Shown here: one piece after another, positions 1 to 9,930 of the stretch
How positions within the stretch are numbered: position 1 is the stretch's first letter
How the letters are laid out: each line of letters begins with the position of its first letter
DNA from: Arenicellales bacterium
Lineage (GTDB): Bacteria; Pseudomonadota; Gammaproteobacteria; Arenicellales; JAJDZL01
Direction: 5' to 3'
Assembly (NCBI GenBank): GCA_965243305.1
Contig: CBDEUN010000003.1
Span: 1,221,845-1,285,844 of the forward strand
DNA: 64,000 nt
Notes under the pieces: model-generated
The model's database searches: none
Seen by the model: only the letters and a program-made list of their open reading frames with translations
Told to the model about the DNA's origin: nothing
Position numbers and translations under genes: made by a program

Positions 1-695
1 CCTGGAAGCACCGCGTATGCATAGCCTTGGGGATTAAGTGGTGCATCATCAACGATGCGCAGATTCATTCCCGGATTCTGCTTGATGAAGTTCCTAAGCG
101 AGGAACTGTCAGTCAGCACAGCGTCGGCTCTTTTACTGGCCACTTCAAGAAAGTAAGTTGACAGTTTGTCACTGACGAGTGGCTTAACCTCTGCCATCTT
201 GAAAAATCGCATGGCGAAAGCTTCATCTGCCGTACCTGATCCAACGGCGATGATCATGCCTTCCTTATCGAGGTCTTTGTGAGACTGAGCGTCAGAGTCC
301 ATGTGAACTGCTGTGCCTTGAGTTTCGTATCCAGATGGATTCGAAAACAGCACCCGCATGGCGCGTTCTGCAGTACGGAACATGGGAGACATCACGATGT
401 CGCACTTACCTGTTTCCAGACTTGGAATCAGAGTCCCCCACTGGGAGTCAACCGGTACATATTCGACGCCCATAATGCCAGCAAGATGCCTTGCTGCTTC
501 AATATCAGTGCCAACCCAGTCACCGGTTTTTGGGTCTTTCGCACCCCAGGGTAATGCTTCTGCATGGCAAACCAGAAGTTCGCCACGGTCTTTGATGACC
601 GAAATCTGATCATCTGCACTGAACGCTGAACCGATACCCAGGGTGAATAAACTAAGAATGACACCAAGTTTAATGGCAATTTTTTTGATACTCAT
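1..695 (-). CDS. Polar amino-acid ABC transporter substrate-binding protein (SBP family 3), 3' end outside window
   Basis: Hand translation of the minus strand from ATG at 695-693 (GGAG upstream) gives MSIKKIAIKLGVILSLFTLGIGSAFSADDQISVIKDRGELLVCHAEALPWGAKDP... with a signal peptide. It is stop-free to position 3. It is absent from the ORF track only because it runs off the edge. It lies upstream of the ATPase and two permeases. Confidence 0.8.
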   Translation of the reverse strand, partial: MSIKKIAIKLGVILSLFTLGIGSAFSADDQISVIKDRGELLVCHAEALPWGAKDPKTGDWVGTDIEAARHLAGIMGVEYVPVDSQWGTLIPSLETGKCDIVMSPMFRTAERAMRVLFSNPSGYETQGTAVHMDSDAQSHKDLDKEGMIIAVGSGTADEAFAMRFFKMAEVKPLVSDKLSTYFLEVASKRADAVLTDSSSLRNFIKQNPGMNLRIVDDAPLNPQGYAYAVLP

Positions 696-853
696 ATTTA
701 CTTACTCCATTTAATTTGATTAAGCTGTCTTTGCTCCATTGGCATTAGACTGCAAATTGCATTGTATTCCGTTCGCCGTAAATTTCAACTGAGTTACCAA
801 GAAAGTAACAGGTGAGACATTTTTAATCCAAGCGAATTGAAATTCTGCGAACC

Positions 854-1597
854 CTACAAAATGTTTGATAGGAACTTTTCCAATTCAGGATTTGCGCTGC
901 CTTTAAAAAAACCGTCTGTAGTTTCATCCACCAGAAATTTACCGCCGGCCATAAACAGCATCCGACTCGCCGCCTCCCTGGCAAAGCCCATCTCATGTGT
1001 GACAATAATCATCGTCATGCCTGAGAAAGCCAACTCCTTCATGACATCCAAAACCTCAACCACCATCTCGGGGTCGAGAGAGGATGTCGGTTCATCAAAA
1101 AGCATTGCCTGGGGTTTCATGGCCAGCGCTCTGGCAATCGCGACTCTCTGCTTTTGTCCGCCGGACAAGTGATTCGGAAACTTTTCGATCTGTTCAACGA
1201 TGCCAACGCGCTGTAGCAGATTTTCAGCTAGTTCATCTGCTTCACGCTGGCCCATACCACGTGAAACCCTGGGGGCAAATGTAACGTTTTCACGTATCGA
1301 CATGTGTTCAAACAAGTTGAACTGCTGAAAAACCATACCGACTTCGCGCCGAACACTTTCAGTTTCCTGCCGATTTCCTGGCAGGTGAATGTCATTTACG
1401 ATAATTTCCCCAGCATCGATTGATTCCAGAGCGTTTAACATCCGCAGAAAGGTAGATTTACCGCCACCGGATGGACCAACGATGCACACAATCTCTCCCT
1501 TGCTAATTTCGATGGAGACGTCATCCAACGCCTTGAACGTACCAAAATATTTTGAGACGTTTCGGCAGGAGAAAAACGATTTGGCTTCGTGTCCCAT
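854..1597 (-). CDS. Polar amino-acid ABC transporter ATP-binding protein (GlnQ/HisP-like)
   Basis: Walker A GPSGGGKST, signature LSGGQKQRVAIARAL, Walker B MLFDEPTSSLD, H-loop VTHEM. 247 aa, ATG start. Confidence 0.9.
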   Translation of the reverse strand: MGHEAKSFFSCRNVSKYFGTFKALDDVSIEISKGEIVCIVGPSGGGKSTFLRMLNALESIDAGEIIVNDIHLPGNRQETESVRREVGMVFQQFNLFEHMSIRENVTFAPRVSRGMGQREADELAENLLQRVGIVEQIEKFPNHLSGGQKQRVAIARALAMKPQAMLFDEPTSSLDPEMVVEVLDVMKELAFSGMTMIIVTHEMGFAREAASRMLFMAGGKFLVDETTDGFFKGSANPELEKFLSNIL

Positions 1598-1619
1598 AGC
1601 TTACATCGAACGGGCGCAA

Positions 1620-2285
1620 TTAGTGTCCGGTTTTCTCCAGAAGTTTTTTCTCAGACCGTCGAGCCAGCAGGCTGAACGGAAAGATCAGCACAAAGTAAAG
1701 AACAGCAATGGCGGTCAAAAACTCAAAGTAGCTCAAAGTCTGAGCACCCAGAATGCTCGCCGTGTATGCCATCTCTCCCACAGCGATGGCAGACAGTAGG
1801 CTGGTGGCTTTAAGCAACTCAGTCAGAAAATTGACGAAAGCCGGCATCATTCGACGAATTGCCGGAGGAATGATGATTTTTCTCCAGATGTGAAATCTTG
1901 GAATTGCCAGTGCATATGCGGCATCAACCTGTCCCTTGGGCACTGCCAGAACACCTGCGCGAAAAATCTCTGCAAGGTAGGCTGCACTGAAAAGTGACAG
2001 CGCAATAACACCACAGGCTTCACTTGAAATTCGGATGGATAGTAGCAGTGGCAGACATGAATAAACCCAAAATATTAACACCACCTCGGGAATAGTTCTG
2101 AAGAAGTCAATAAATCCATTTGACAGCCTGAACGCCAGCCCGCGCTGCTGAAGTTTTCCCAGGCAGGCAAACATACCAATAACAATTCCGATGACGAGCG
2201 AAACTGCTGAAATCCAGATGGTAACTCCAAAAGCCTGTAGCAAATCTGGGCCGTAGCGGATTAACTGGTCCCACTCAAATCTCAT
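1620..2285 (-). CDS. Amino-acid ABC transporter permease
   Basis: 221-aa polytopic membrane protein of the His/Glu/Gln/Arg permease type. Its start overlaps the stop of the upstream permease by 1 nt. Confidence 0.85.
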   Translation of the reverse strand: MRFEWDQLIRYGPDLLQAFGVTIWISAVSLVIGIVIGMFACLGKLQQRGLAFRLSNGFIDFFRTIPEVVLIFWVYSCLPLLLSIRISSEACGVIALSLFSAAYLAEIFRAGVLAVPKGQVDAAYALAIPRFHIWRKIIIPPAIRRMMPAFVNFLTELLKATSLLSAIAVGEMAYTASILGAQTLSYFEFLTAIAVLYFVLIFPFSLLARRSEKKLLEKTGH

Positions 2286-3028
2286 TAGCGTTCCCTTTTC
2301 TGCAGAAAATATTCAATTCGCAAGGTCCCTTTACTCATGAGAATGCCGACAACAAAATAAAGCACAGCAATGAAGCTGAACAGTTCAACTGGCTTGAAAG
2401 TCACATTGCTGATTCTGTTCGTTACAGTCATCAACTCGCTCACGTGCAGAATTGAAAGAATTGCTGTTCCCTTAAAGAAACTGATTGTGAGATTGACCAA
2501 TGGCGGAATCATCGTGCGGATAGCCGGTGGAAGAATGATTCGAGTCCAGCGTACCCAGGAAGGCAATGCAAGCGAATAAGCAGCCTCCCACTGTCCCTTG
2601 GGGACCGAATCAATGCCTGCACGGACGATTTCTGTAAAGTACGCAGCGGCTTGTAGCGTGATGCCAATTACACCGCTTTCCAAGGCAGTAGTGTTGATTC
2701 CTGTGACCAGTGGCAATGCGAAGTGAATCCAGATCAACTGGACGAGAAGCGGAGTATTCCGCCAGATTTCGACAAATGCGATGACGATCCAGCGAAGTGG
2801 TGCGATGTTGGATTGACAGGCAATAGCGAGTACGGTTCCGCTCAAAAGCCCGGCGACTGCTGCGCAAGCTGTCAGGGCCAGAGTAACCAGCATCCCCTTC
2901 AGTAAAACTTGGCGATATTCCCAGACCACTGAAAAGTCAAGGGAGAGCAGTAGATTCCAATTCAGAAAGTAGGCAAGAGTACCTAATGCGAGCAGGAGAA
3001 CGACTGGAAACGAATACTTAGCGATCAT
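2285..3028 (-). CDS. Amino-acid ABC transporter permease
   Basis: 247-aa polytopic membrane protein, paralogous to 1620-2285, in the same operon. Confidence 0.85.
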   Translation of the reverse strand: MIAKYSFPVVLLLALGTLAYFLNWNLLLSLDFSVVWEYRQVLLKGMLVTLALTACAAVAGLLSGTVLAIACQSNIAPLRWIVIAFVEIWRNTPLLVQLIWIHFALPLVTGINTTALESGVIGITLQAAAYFTEIVRAGIDSVPKGQWEAAYSLALPSWVRWTRIILPPAIRTMIPPLVNLTISFFKGTAILSILHVSELMTVTNRISNVTFKPVELFSFIAVLYFVVGILMSKGTLRIEYFLQKRER

Positions 3029-3060
3029 TGTGCTCTGTGGCGTGCCTGTTGTCAGTCAGC

Positions 3061-5259
3061 CTACTCGGCCAAGAATCGTTCAAGAACGTTTTGTGTCAGT
3101 TTCGATATGTTGTTGTTGAATCCATTCCAGGGCAGGCTGCCGCAGTAGGTGATGGAACCGACCGAAAACACATACCCATTTTGAGGGGTTTGAAAAATAG
3201 TCATATCAGCCCGAATGAGTTTATCTTCCGGATCCCCAGTACGGGTTGCCAGGTGCGACAGAACTTCTTCCGGCACCAGGATAAAGTGATCCTGGTAAGT
3301 TTCTGAACTTGCGAGGACAACCGCGTTGAGCGGAGTTCCAAGACCAAAGTCGACACGATCAAGTTCAAATCCGGCTGCACCGCCTCCGCTCAGTCCAAAA
3401 TCACCCAGAATTTCATCATCGATGCCATCGAAGACCCATTCATATTCTGCAGGCACGTCGGGATTTTTCCGGTAGTACATTCCTTCAAAATCCCCCTGAG
3501 CGGTAAATCCAACGCCTGCCAGCTGTTGAGGCGGGCGACCGTTTCTGAGCCACATACCCCCATATTCTCCGTCCAATGCGTTGTAGTATTCACCAGCATC
3601 TGCTGCCCAGGTTCGAATGCCGCCTTCGGCTCTTCGAATTTCGATCATTCCGGGCAGGTCTTTACGGATCCCGATTTTCCAGTAAAATCCATTTCCACCC
3701 ATGTACATTAACCTCCCACCCGTTCTGCTGTATTCATAAATTGCATCTAGGGTGTTAGCGGTGTGATACTCTGGATGGCTCATGGTCATTACAACACTAT
3801 ACGGCCTTAGAATTTCAATACCCTCCTCGTGAATATCCTCATCGGAAACCACATCGTAGTCGTGCCCCAGGTGTTCAAGCCAGGCAAGCAGATGGGTATC
3901 TGCGGGCAAATGTCTCATGCCCGATACGGCGTAGGGTCGAAAGATTGTCATGTACCGTGGCCGCATGGTTAACGATGGTCTTAATCTAGAAGACAGGCAG
4001 ATTCCACTGCCATCGGTGTGGTTGTTGTATGTTGAAAGTCCAAACTCGTTGATAATGTCTGGCGTCCAACGTCGGTTGCCCATTTTTTTGACCAGAGCGT
4101 CGTAATCAGGCCCAGCAGTTCCACGTGCCTGATTGTTGTACACGGTATAAGTAAAAGTCGGAATAATGACACAGATCTTGGACTGAGGTTTGCCAGTCTT
4201 GGGCCGTACATAAAAAGGAATGTCTTCAAACTCGTCCTGGCACTCGATTCTCATTGAATACATAGCGCTTCTGAAGTCATTAGGAACTTGGAATTCAAAG
4301 TCGGTTTCCCACTCGCAGTCGTAAATATCATCTTCGTGGAAGTGAATGGCACCGTATTCCTCTGGTGCATGCTTCCAGGCCATCTCTTTTCCACTCCAAT
4401 TTGAACCTCGCATCGCACGGGTTGGAACATTGATCAATTCCCCATGCATACAGAGTGGACCGATGTCCTTGACGGACTGAGTACTGATACCGAGTGAAAA
4501 GTCCCACAATGCAGTCGTATTTTCGGTATTAGTCTTAGAGCTGTTCGAGGTGTCTCTTATATTCAGGGAGTCGTGGGAATACACTGAGTTTATGATGCCC
4601 GGGTGTTCGATCTTTCCGTTGTAGTGGTTCGCTTTGATTTCGCTACCTGATGATGCAATATAAATTTCCTGCACTTCAGCCAGTGAAGGAGACTGGTCAA
4701 AGTGAAAGTCCTTGGAAGCGGGGTACAGGTCATCGTGTCGCGGCCCGCATGGAGACTGTCCAATGACAATTTTGTTGGTCTTGTAATCGACTGAGCACCA
4801 GACGGTGTACCAGATTCGTTCATGCAAAACTTCGCTGAGGCTCAGCTCAGCGTCCGAATTGAGAGAGGCGCCCAGATGACCTGAATCAAGGAATAGTTCA
4901 AGCAAATTTTCACCGGAACTGTTTTTCAGACAGATGATTGACTGTCGGCCTGCACTGGGAAGTGTTGGCCAGATATTGGCTACAACTGAGAAATGTTCCT
5001 GGTGCGTCAATTTGTCTTTCACCTCTACCCGGGCATAGGATCCGAGTTTGACGGGTTGCTTTCGTGACGGAAATTGATCGGAATAGACTGAGCTTAAATC
5101 CTCTTCAATAATGCCGGGTCCAATTGGATTGGGGTCTGCGCAGGTAATTCGAACGAGTCTGACGGAATAGGGTTCGTCAAGTTCGCTGCTGACTTTGAAT
5201 TGAATAGTCTGATTGTGACCGACACACCATCGGTCGGCATAGCCTGATATTGGAATCAA
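3061..5259 (-). CDS. N,N-dimethylformamidase large-subunit-like protein (LamG-like N-domain plus amidase-like C-domain)
   Basis: 732 aa. TTG start preceded by AAAGGTGGAG. N-terminus IPISGYADRWCVGHNQTIQFKVSS and core ICVIIPTFTYTVYNNQARG resemble DmfA2-family proteins, recalled from memory. Not verified by search. Confidence 0.5.
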   Translation of the reverse strand: MIPISGYADRWCVGHNQTIQFKVSSELDEPYSVRLVRITCADPNPIGPGIIEEDLSSVYSDQFPSRKQPVKLGSYARVEVKDKLTHQEHFSVVANIWPTLPSAGRQSIICLKNSSGENLLELFLDSGHLGASLNSDAELSLSEVLHERIWYTVWCSVDYKTNKIVIGQSPCGPRHDDLYPASKDFHFDQSPSLAEVQEIYIASSGSEIKANHYNGKIEHPGIINSVYSHDSLNIRDTSNSSKTNTENTTALWDFSLGISTQSVKDIGPLCMHGELINVPTRAMRGSNWSGKEMAWKHAPEEYGAIHFHEDDIYDCEWETDFEFQVPNDFRSAMYSMRIECQDEFEDIPFYVRPKTGKPQSKICVIIPTFTYTVYNNQARGTAGPDYDALVKKMGNRRWTPDIINEFGLSTYNNHTDGSGICLSSRLRPSLTMRPRYMTIFRPYAVSGMRHLPADTHLLAWLEHLGHDYDVVSDEDIHEEGIEILRPYSVVMTMSHPEYHTANTLDAIYEYSRTGGRLMYMGGNGFYWKIGIRKDLPGMIEIRRAEGGIRTWAADAGEYYNALDGEYGGMWLRNGRPPQQLAGVGFTAQGDFEGMYYRKNPDVPAEYEWVFDGIDDEILGDFGLSGGGAAGFELDRVDFGLGTPLNAVVLASSETYQDHFILVPEEVLSHLATRTGDPEDKLIRADMTIFQTPQNGYVFSVGSITYCGSLPWNGFNNNISKLTQNVLERFLAE

Positions 5260-5603
5260 TTGTCTCCACCTTTGAATTGATTTGTTAGGCTTATTGTAGT
5301 TAGAACATTTGAATTAGAACTAAAGTTACTGCATTGGCTCGATAAATTTTCAGAATGTACCGAACGATTCAAACTAAAGACTCGTAGTTGGGATTTGGCC
5401 GCTTGATGTTACTCTAGCAATGTGTATTGCAGACAAGATTGAGGTCGGGACGGAATATATTAGCAACTACTTCAATTCAGCAATTCAGTCGCTGGCTGGC
5501 GGTTATATCAAGGTTATGAACGGGAAAAACGCTCAAAGGGGATACGCTGTTTTATGCAGACCAAGTCGGTTTGATTTTCGACGAATCCACACCAATAAAC
5601 CAA

Positions 5604-6689
5604 ATGTATTATGGGGGTACCGAGTTGACGAAGAACTCTTCTGCCAAGTTTCAACTTGACTGCGATCGGGTTGAAGTTTCTAGTGATGATGCATTTACCA
5701 AACTTTCCGCAATATTTGGACTTCTTGGTTGTGAGGAAGAGATTGCGAAATCGGTCTCCAATCATTTAGTTGATTCCAGCCTGAGTGGGGTGGAAAGCCA
5801 CGGAGTCATGCGAGCTTTACAGTATGTGAAGCAGTTTCAATCGGGGTTTATGAAACCTGACGCAACTCCGCAGATAGTGACCTGTGACAATGGCTGGGAA
5901 GCTGTCGACGGAGGTGGAGGCGTTGGAATTCCGGCCATGGAGTTAGCCTACGAGCGAGGTATGCTGCAGGCCAGAAAAAAAGGTGTATCAGTCGTTGCGG
6001 TTCGCAATGTTGGACATACTGGACGAATAGGTGCTTATGCAGATGTTGCTGCTGAAAAGGGATTTATGACAATCTGTATGGGTGGTGGCAATCGAAAGAT
6101 TTGGCGACAGGTTGCACCGTATGGTGGTGCCAAAGCCCTATATCCAACCAATCCTTGGGCCATTGGGATGCCAGGTGGAAATGATGATCCAGTGGTGGTT
6201 GATTTTGCAACCTCAAAGATTGCAGGCGGTTGGTTATATGCTGCGCGTTTAGCTGGAGCACAACTGCCTGAAGGATACATTATTGACAGTAACGGAAATC
6301 CAACCACGGACCCAGAGGATTACTTCAATGGTGGTGCTATTCTTCCCGCGGGTGAACACAAAGGTTATGGACTCGGCCTGCTTGCTGAGATTGTTGCAGA
6401 TGCTTTGCTGGGAGAACCGACAACCGAAGGAAACTGGTTAATCATTGTGTTGGATATTGAGGCGATCCAGTCGAGCTCAGCATACTCAAGAGCTATAGCA
6501 GACATATTGACTGAAGTTCGTGAATGTCCACCAGCACCAGGATTTGAACGGGTTGAAATTCCAGGCCAACTTTCGCGAAATCATAAAAGACAGTGTGATG
6601 GAATTGTTGCCGTTCCAGAGCATACCTGGCAACAGATCTGCGAGATTTACACGGAACTGTCTGAAGGGATTGATCGTTCAGATGATTAG
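5604..6689 (+). CDS. Ldh_2 family oxidoreductase (malate/L-lactate/ureidoglycolate or pyrroline/piperideine-2-carboxylate reductase type)
   Basis: Motifs GVESHGVMR, AVRNVGHTGRIGAYAD, PTNPWAIGMPGG, DFATSKIAGG, GEHKGYGLGLLAEI. The ORF opens at TTG 5571 and the first ATG is at 5604, so the start is uncertain. Confidence 0.75.
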   Translation: MYYGGTELTKNSSAKFQLDCDRVEVSSDDAFTKLSAIFGLLGCEEEIAKSVSNHLVDSSLSGVESHGVMRALQYVKQFQSGFMKPDATPQIVTCDNGWEAVDGGGGVGIPAMELAYERGMLQARKKGVSVVAVRNVGHTGRIGAYADVAAEKGFMTICMGGGNRKIWRQVAPYGGAKALYPTNPWAIGMPGGNDDPVVVDFATSKIAGGWLYAARLAGAQLPEGYIIDSNGNPTTDPEDYFNGGAILPAGEHKGYGLGLLAEIVADALLGEPTTEGNWLIIVLDIEAIQSSSAYSRAIADILTEVRECPPAPGFERVEIPGQLSRNHKRQCDGIVAVPEHTWQQICEIYTELSEGIDRSDD

Positions 6690-6804
6690 GCCAATGAGCA
6701 CAATGCACCGTGATATTGACAAAATTCCTGCAATCCGCTGCAAATGATGAAAAGCGTGACATACAAGATCAATATTGAAGTCGAGATTTCCCTGAGCTGT
6801 TGTC

Positions 6805-7389
6805 ATGACTGATTTGATCCGTTGCGGATGGTGTGAAGATGACCCACTGAACCGCGAATATCACGATCTGGAATGGGGCGTTCCAGAGCACGACAGTAGG
6901 AAACTGTTCGAAATGCTATGTCTAGAAGGGGCGCAAGCGGGGTTGAACTGGATCACTATCTTGCGTAAAAGAGCGCACTACGTAAAAGTATTCGACAACT
7001 TTGATCCTGAGCGAATCGCCCGCTATGACGACGATAAAGTTCAGGCGTTACTCAATGATCCGGGAATCGTGCGAAATCGGCTAAAGGTCAGGGCATTTAT
7101 CAAAAATGCTCAAGCTTGTCTGGACATGCAAGGATCTGGATTGAATCTTGATCAGTATTTCTGGGATTTTGTCGATGGGTCGCCTATTCAAAACAACTGG
7201 ACAGATGCGCTGCAGGTACCCGCGAATACCGCCTTGTCTGATTCGATGAGCAAGGATTTGAAAAAACGAGGGTTCAGTTTTGTTGGTAGCACAATCTGCT
7301 ATGCGTTTATGCAGGCAGCAGGATTGGTGAATGATCATCTGGTTAGTTGCTTCCGACATTCACAATGTACACCGAATAATCTCGTATAG
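6805..7389 (+). CDS. tag: DNA-3-methyladenine glycosylase I
   Basis: CGWCEDDPLNREYHDLEWGVPEHDSRKLFEMLCLEGAQAGLNWITILRKR is the canonical Tag N-terminus with zinc-ligand Cys/His. 194 aa. Confidence 0.9.
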   Translation: MTDLIRCGWCEDDPLNREYHDLEWGVPEHDSRKLFEMLCLEGAQAGLNWITILRKRAHYVKVFDNFDPERIARYDDDKVQALLNDPGIVRNRLKVRAFIKNAQACLDMQGSGLNLDQYFWDFVDGSPIQNNWTDALQVPANTALSDSMSKDLKKRGFSFVGSTICYAFMQAAGLVNDHLVSCFRHSQCTPNNLV

Positions 7390-7644
7390 AACCGCATGTC
7401 TTGTCTGAAGTTGTTTCATAGAAAAAGTCGAGCGACTGTACAAAAAGTGATCCATTCAGTTAGACCAAGAACGAATTGAACAATTGTTTGTTCGGTATGA
7501 ACAATGCGTCCAACCAATCTACTTAATTGAATCTAGTGGCTTCGGCCGAACTCAATATTTTTCCTTTGTAGGAAGAGGTATGCTAGTCAAAAGCCGTACA
7601 ATTGACGCCTTAAATTGATCAACATCAGTAATTATCCAGGTGAC

Positions 7645-8844
7645 ATGAAAGCTCGGCGTATCCACTTTCTCTTTCTCAATATCGGACATTTTCTGGACCA
7701 TTTGTTCGTTTTGATTTTTGCGACTGCTGCGGCTTTGACACTGGTCAATGAATGGGGTCTTTCCTATGGCGAGTTGATTCCCTACGCCACACCAGGCTTT
7801 GTTGCTTTTGGCATCTGCGCCATTCCAGCTGGTTGGCTGGCGGATAAATGGAGTCGGGAAGGTATGATCGTTATTTTCTTTCTCGGGATTGGTGCAGCCT
7901 CCATCCTTGCCGGTTTTGCCGAAAGCCCCCTTGAAATGGCAGTGTATCTCACACTGGTTGGAGTTTTTGCTGCGATTTATCATCCCGTCGGTCTTGCACT
8001 CGTTGTTCATGGCAGACAAAGAACCGGGGTTCCCCTAGCCATCAATGGAATATTTGGCAACATGGGAGTGGCATCAGCAGCCTTGATAACTGGATTTTTA
8101 ATTGATGTTTCAGACTGGCGTCAAGCCTTCTTCGTACCAGGAATATTCTCTATTCTCATCGGTATCGGCTACTTTGGTTTTCTCCGTTTCTACCTAAGGA
8201 ACCACCAAACTCACGGCGCAGAGAAACAGCAAGCATCTGCAACTCCCAGCCACGCGCGCAATATATTGATCAGGGCTTTTGCTATTGTGCTCATAACCAC
8301 CGGTATTGGCGGTATGGTGTTTCAAAGCACCACATTTGCGTTGCCGAAGGTTTTTGATGAACGTTTGGGCGACATTGCGCAAAGTGCCGCCGCGGTAGGC
8401 AGTTATGCGTTTGTGGTATTTACCATTGCGGCATTTGCTCAATTACTGGTGGGATGGCTGGTGGACCGCTACCCGGTGAAGCGCATATTTGCCATCGTGG
8501 CCTTAGGTCAGGCCGTATTTTTGTTGGCTATGAGTCAGTTGACCGGAATAGCGGCATTGCTGGTTTCACTGGCATTTACGCTGGCAATTTTCGGTCAGAT
8601 TCCGATCAACGATGTTCTAGTCGGCCGAATCGCCAGGAGCGAATGGCGGGCGAGGGCATATGCACTACGCTACATTGTGACATTTTCAGTCATGGCCTCA
8701 ACGGTTCCATTGATTGGCTGGGTGCATGGCCTTTGGGGATTTGAAACCTTGTTTCCAATGCTGTCTATGGCAGCTGTGGTGACGTTAGTTGCGGTTTTCT
8801 TTATTCCAACCAAACTGGCGGCGGTTACTGCAGCCCGGGCATAG
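7645..8844 (+). CDS. MFS transporter
   Basis: About 12 hydrophobic segments. The ORF opens at TTG 7615. ATG 7645 (MKARRIHFLFLNIGHFLDH) is the more likely start. Confidence 0.8.
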   Translation: MKARRIHFLFLNIGHFLDHLFVLIFATAAALTLVNEWGLSYGELIPYATPGFVAFGICAIPAGWLADKWSREGMIVIFFLGIGAASILAGFAESPLEMAVYLTLVGVFAAIYHPVGLALVVHGRQRTGVPLAINGIFGNMGVASAALITGFLIDVSDWRQAFFVPGIFSILIGIGYFGFLRFYLRNHQTHGAEKQQASATPSHARNILIRAFAIVLITTGIGGMVFQSTTFALPKVFDERLGDIAQSAAAVGSYAFVVFTIAAFAQLLVGWLVDRYPVKRIFAIVALGQAVFLLAMSQLTGIAALLVSLAFTLAIFGQIPINDVLVGRIARSEWRARAYALRYIVTFSVMASTVPLIGWVHGLWGFETLFPMLSMAAVVTLVAVFFIPTKLAAVTAARA

Positions 8845-8930
8845 TAGGGGAAGTCTGTTTACCAAACTTTTGATTCGCGGCTGGACCGGGTGCTGAACAA
8901 TCTACTCTGCGAACTTCTCCAAGAGTTCTG

Positions 8931-9920
8931 TTAGACAACAATTGCGATCACAGCCATGCAGTCACCTGGTTTAATCAGCCCTGGAAAATGTCGTCCGGCC
9001 AATATGCCATCGCGACGGGCGCGATAAGCAATCGGTTCAACTCCAGTACGGTCTAGTGGCCAGACCCATGCTACAACATCATTTCGTTTGATCTCACCAC
9101 CTAGATCGACAACTGGTTCTAGTAATCCGTCATGTTCGCTAATGACAAAACAATCTCCATCTGGCATGTCGAGATTGATTGTGGGTTCCATCTCCATTTC
9201 AGCATTTAGAATTCCAGCGTGGATCAGAACATTTCTCACACCTTTCTTTGCAAGTCTGACAGTAGATTCGCGTGTCGTACCCCCACCGCCCAATTCTGTT
9301 GAAACAAACACTTTGCCCTGCTCTTCAACGACGGTGTCGTACATTCCAGTATTGTCGATTTCTAAAAGAATAGTTGAGTGTGGAGCATTAAATGCCTCCA
9401 TTGCAGCCACGCAGGCTGCCTGTTGCTTCTTGTCTTCCAGAACATGAGCAGCTGCCAAAGGCACAAACTCAAGCGTTTTTCCACCTGAGTGGATATCGAC
9501 AATGACGTCAGCTTGAGGAACCAGCGTTCGCATGAAGTAGTCCGCTATCTTTTCAGTGACTGTCCCTCTCGGGTTACCAGGGAATACCCGGTTCATATTA
9601 CCGTCGTCAATCGGTGAGTTTCGAGTGCCAGCCCGAAAAGCCGGATAATTGAATGCCGGCACGATGATGACTCTGCCCTGAATATCTGCTGCGTTCAGAC
9701 GCAAGGCCAGATCCTGAAGTGCCACTGGACCTTCGTATTCGTCGCCATGATTGGCTCCTGTCAGAAGTGCTGTTGGCCCTGGTCCATTTTTGATGACACT
9801 GATGGGAATCATAATTGAACCCCAGGCTGAATCATTTCGACTGTACGGTAGGCTCAGAAAGCCATGATGAGAACCATCCTCGTCCAAAGGGATCGTCGGG
9901 GAAATTGGATTTTTGGTCAT
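8931..9920 (-). CDS. doeB: N-alpha-acetyl-L-2,4-diaminobutyrate deacetylase (DoeB/EutE; succinylglutamate desuccinylase/aspartoacylase family)
   Basis: AstE/AspA-family metal site (GANHGDEYEG ... DIHSGG). It lies immediately downstream of doeA. ATG 9920 is preceded by GAGGAAG; the ORF track's longer TTG start is 9944. Confidence 0.7.
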   Translation of the reverse strand: MTKNPISPTIPLDEDGSHHGFLSLPYSRNDSAWGSIMIPISVIKNGPGPTALLTGANHGDEYEGPVALQDLALRLNAADIQGRVIIVPAFNYPAFRAGTRNSPIDDGNMNRVFPGNPRGTVTEKIADYFMRTLVPQADVIVDIHSGGKTLEFVPLAAAHVLEDKKQQAACVAAMEAFNAPHSTILLEIDNTGMYDTVVEEQGKVFVSTELGGGGTTRESTVRLAKKGVRNVLIHAGILNAEMEMEPTINLDMPDGDCFVISEHDGLLEPVVDLGGEIKRNDVVAWVWPLDRTGVEPIAYRARRDGILAGRHFPGLIKPGDCMAVIAIVV

Positions 9921-9930
9921 GGTATCTTCC

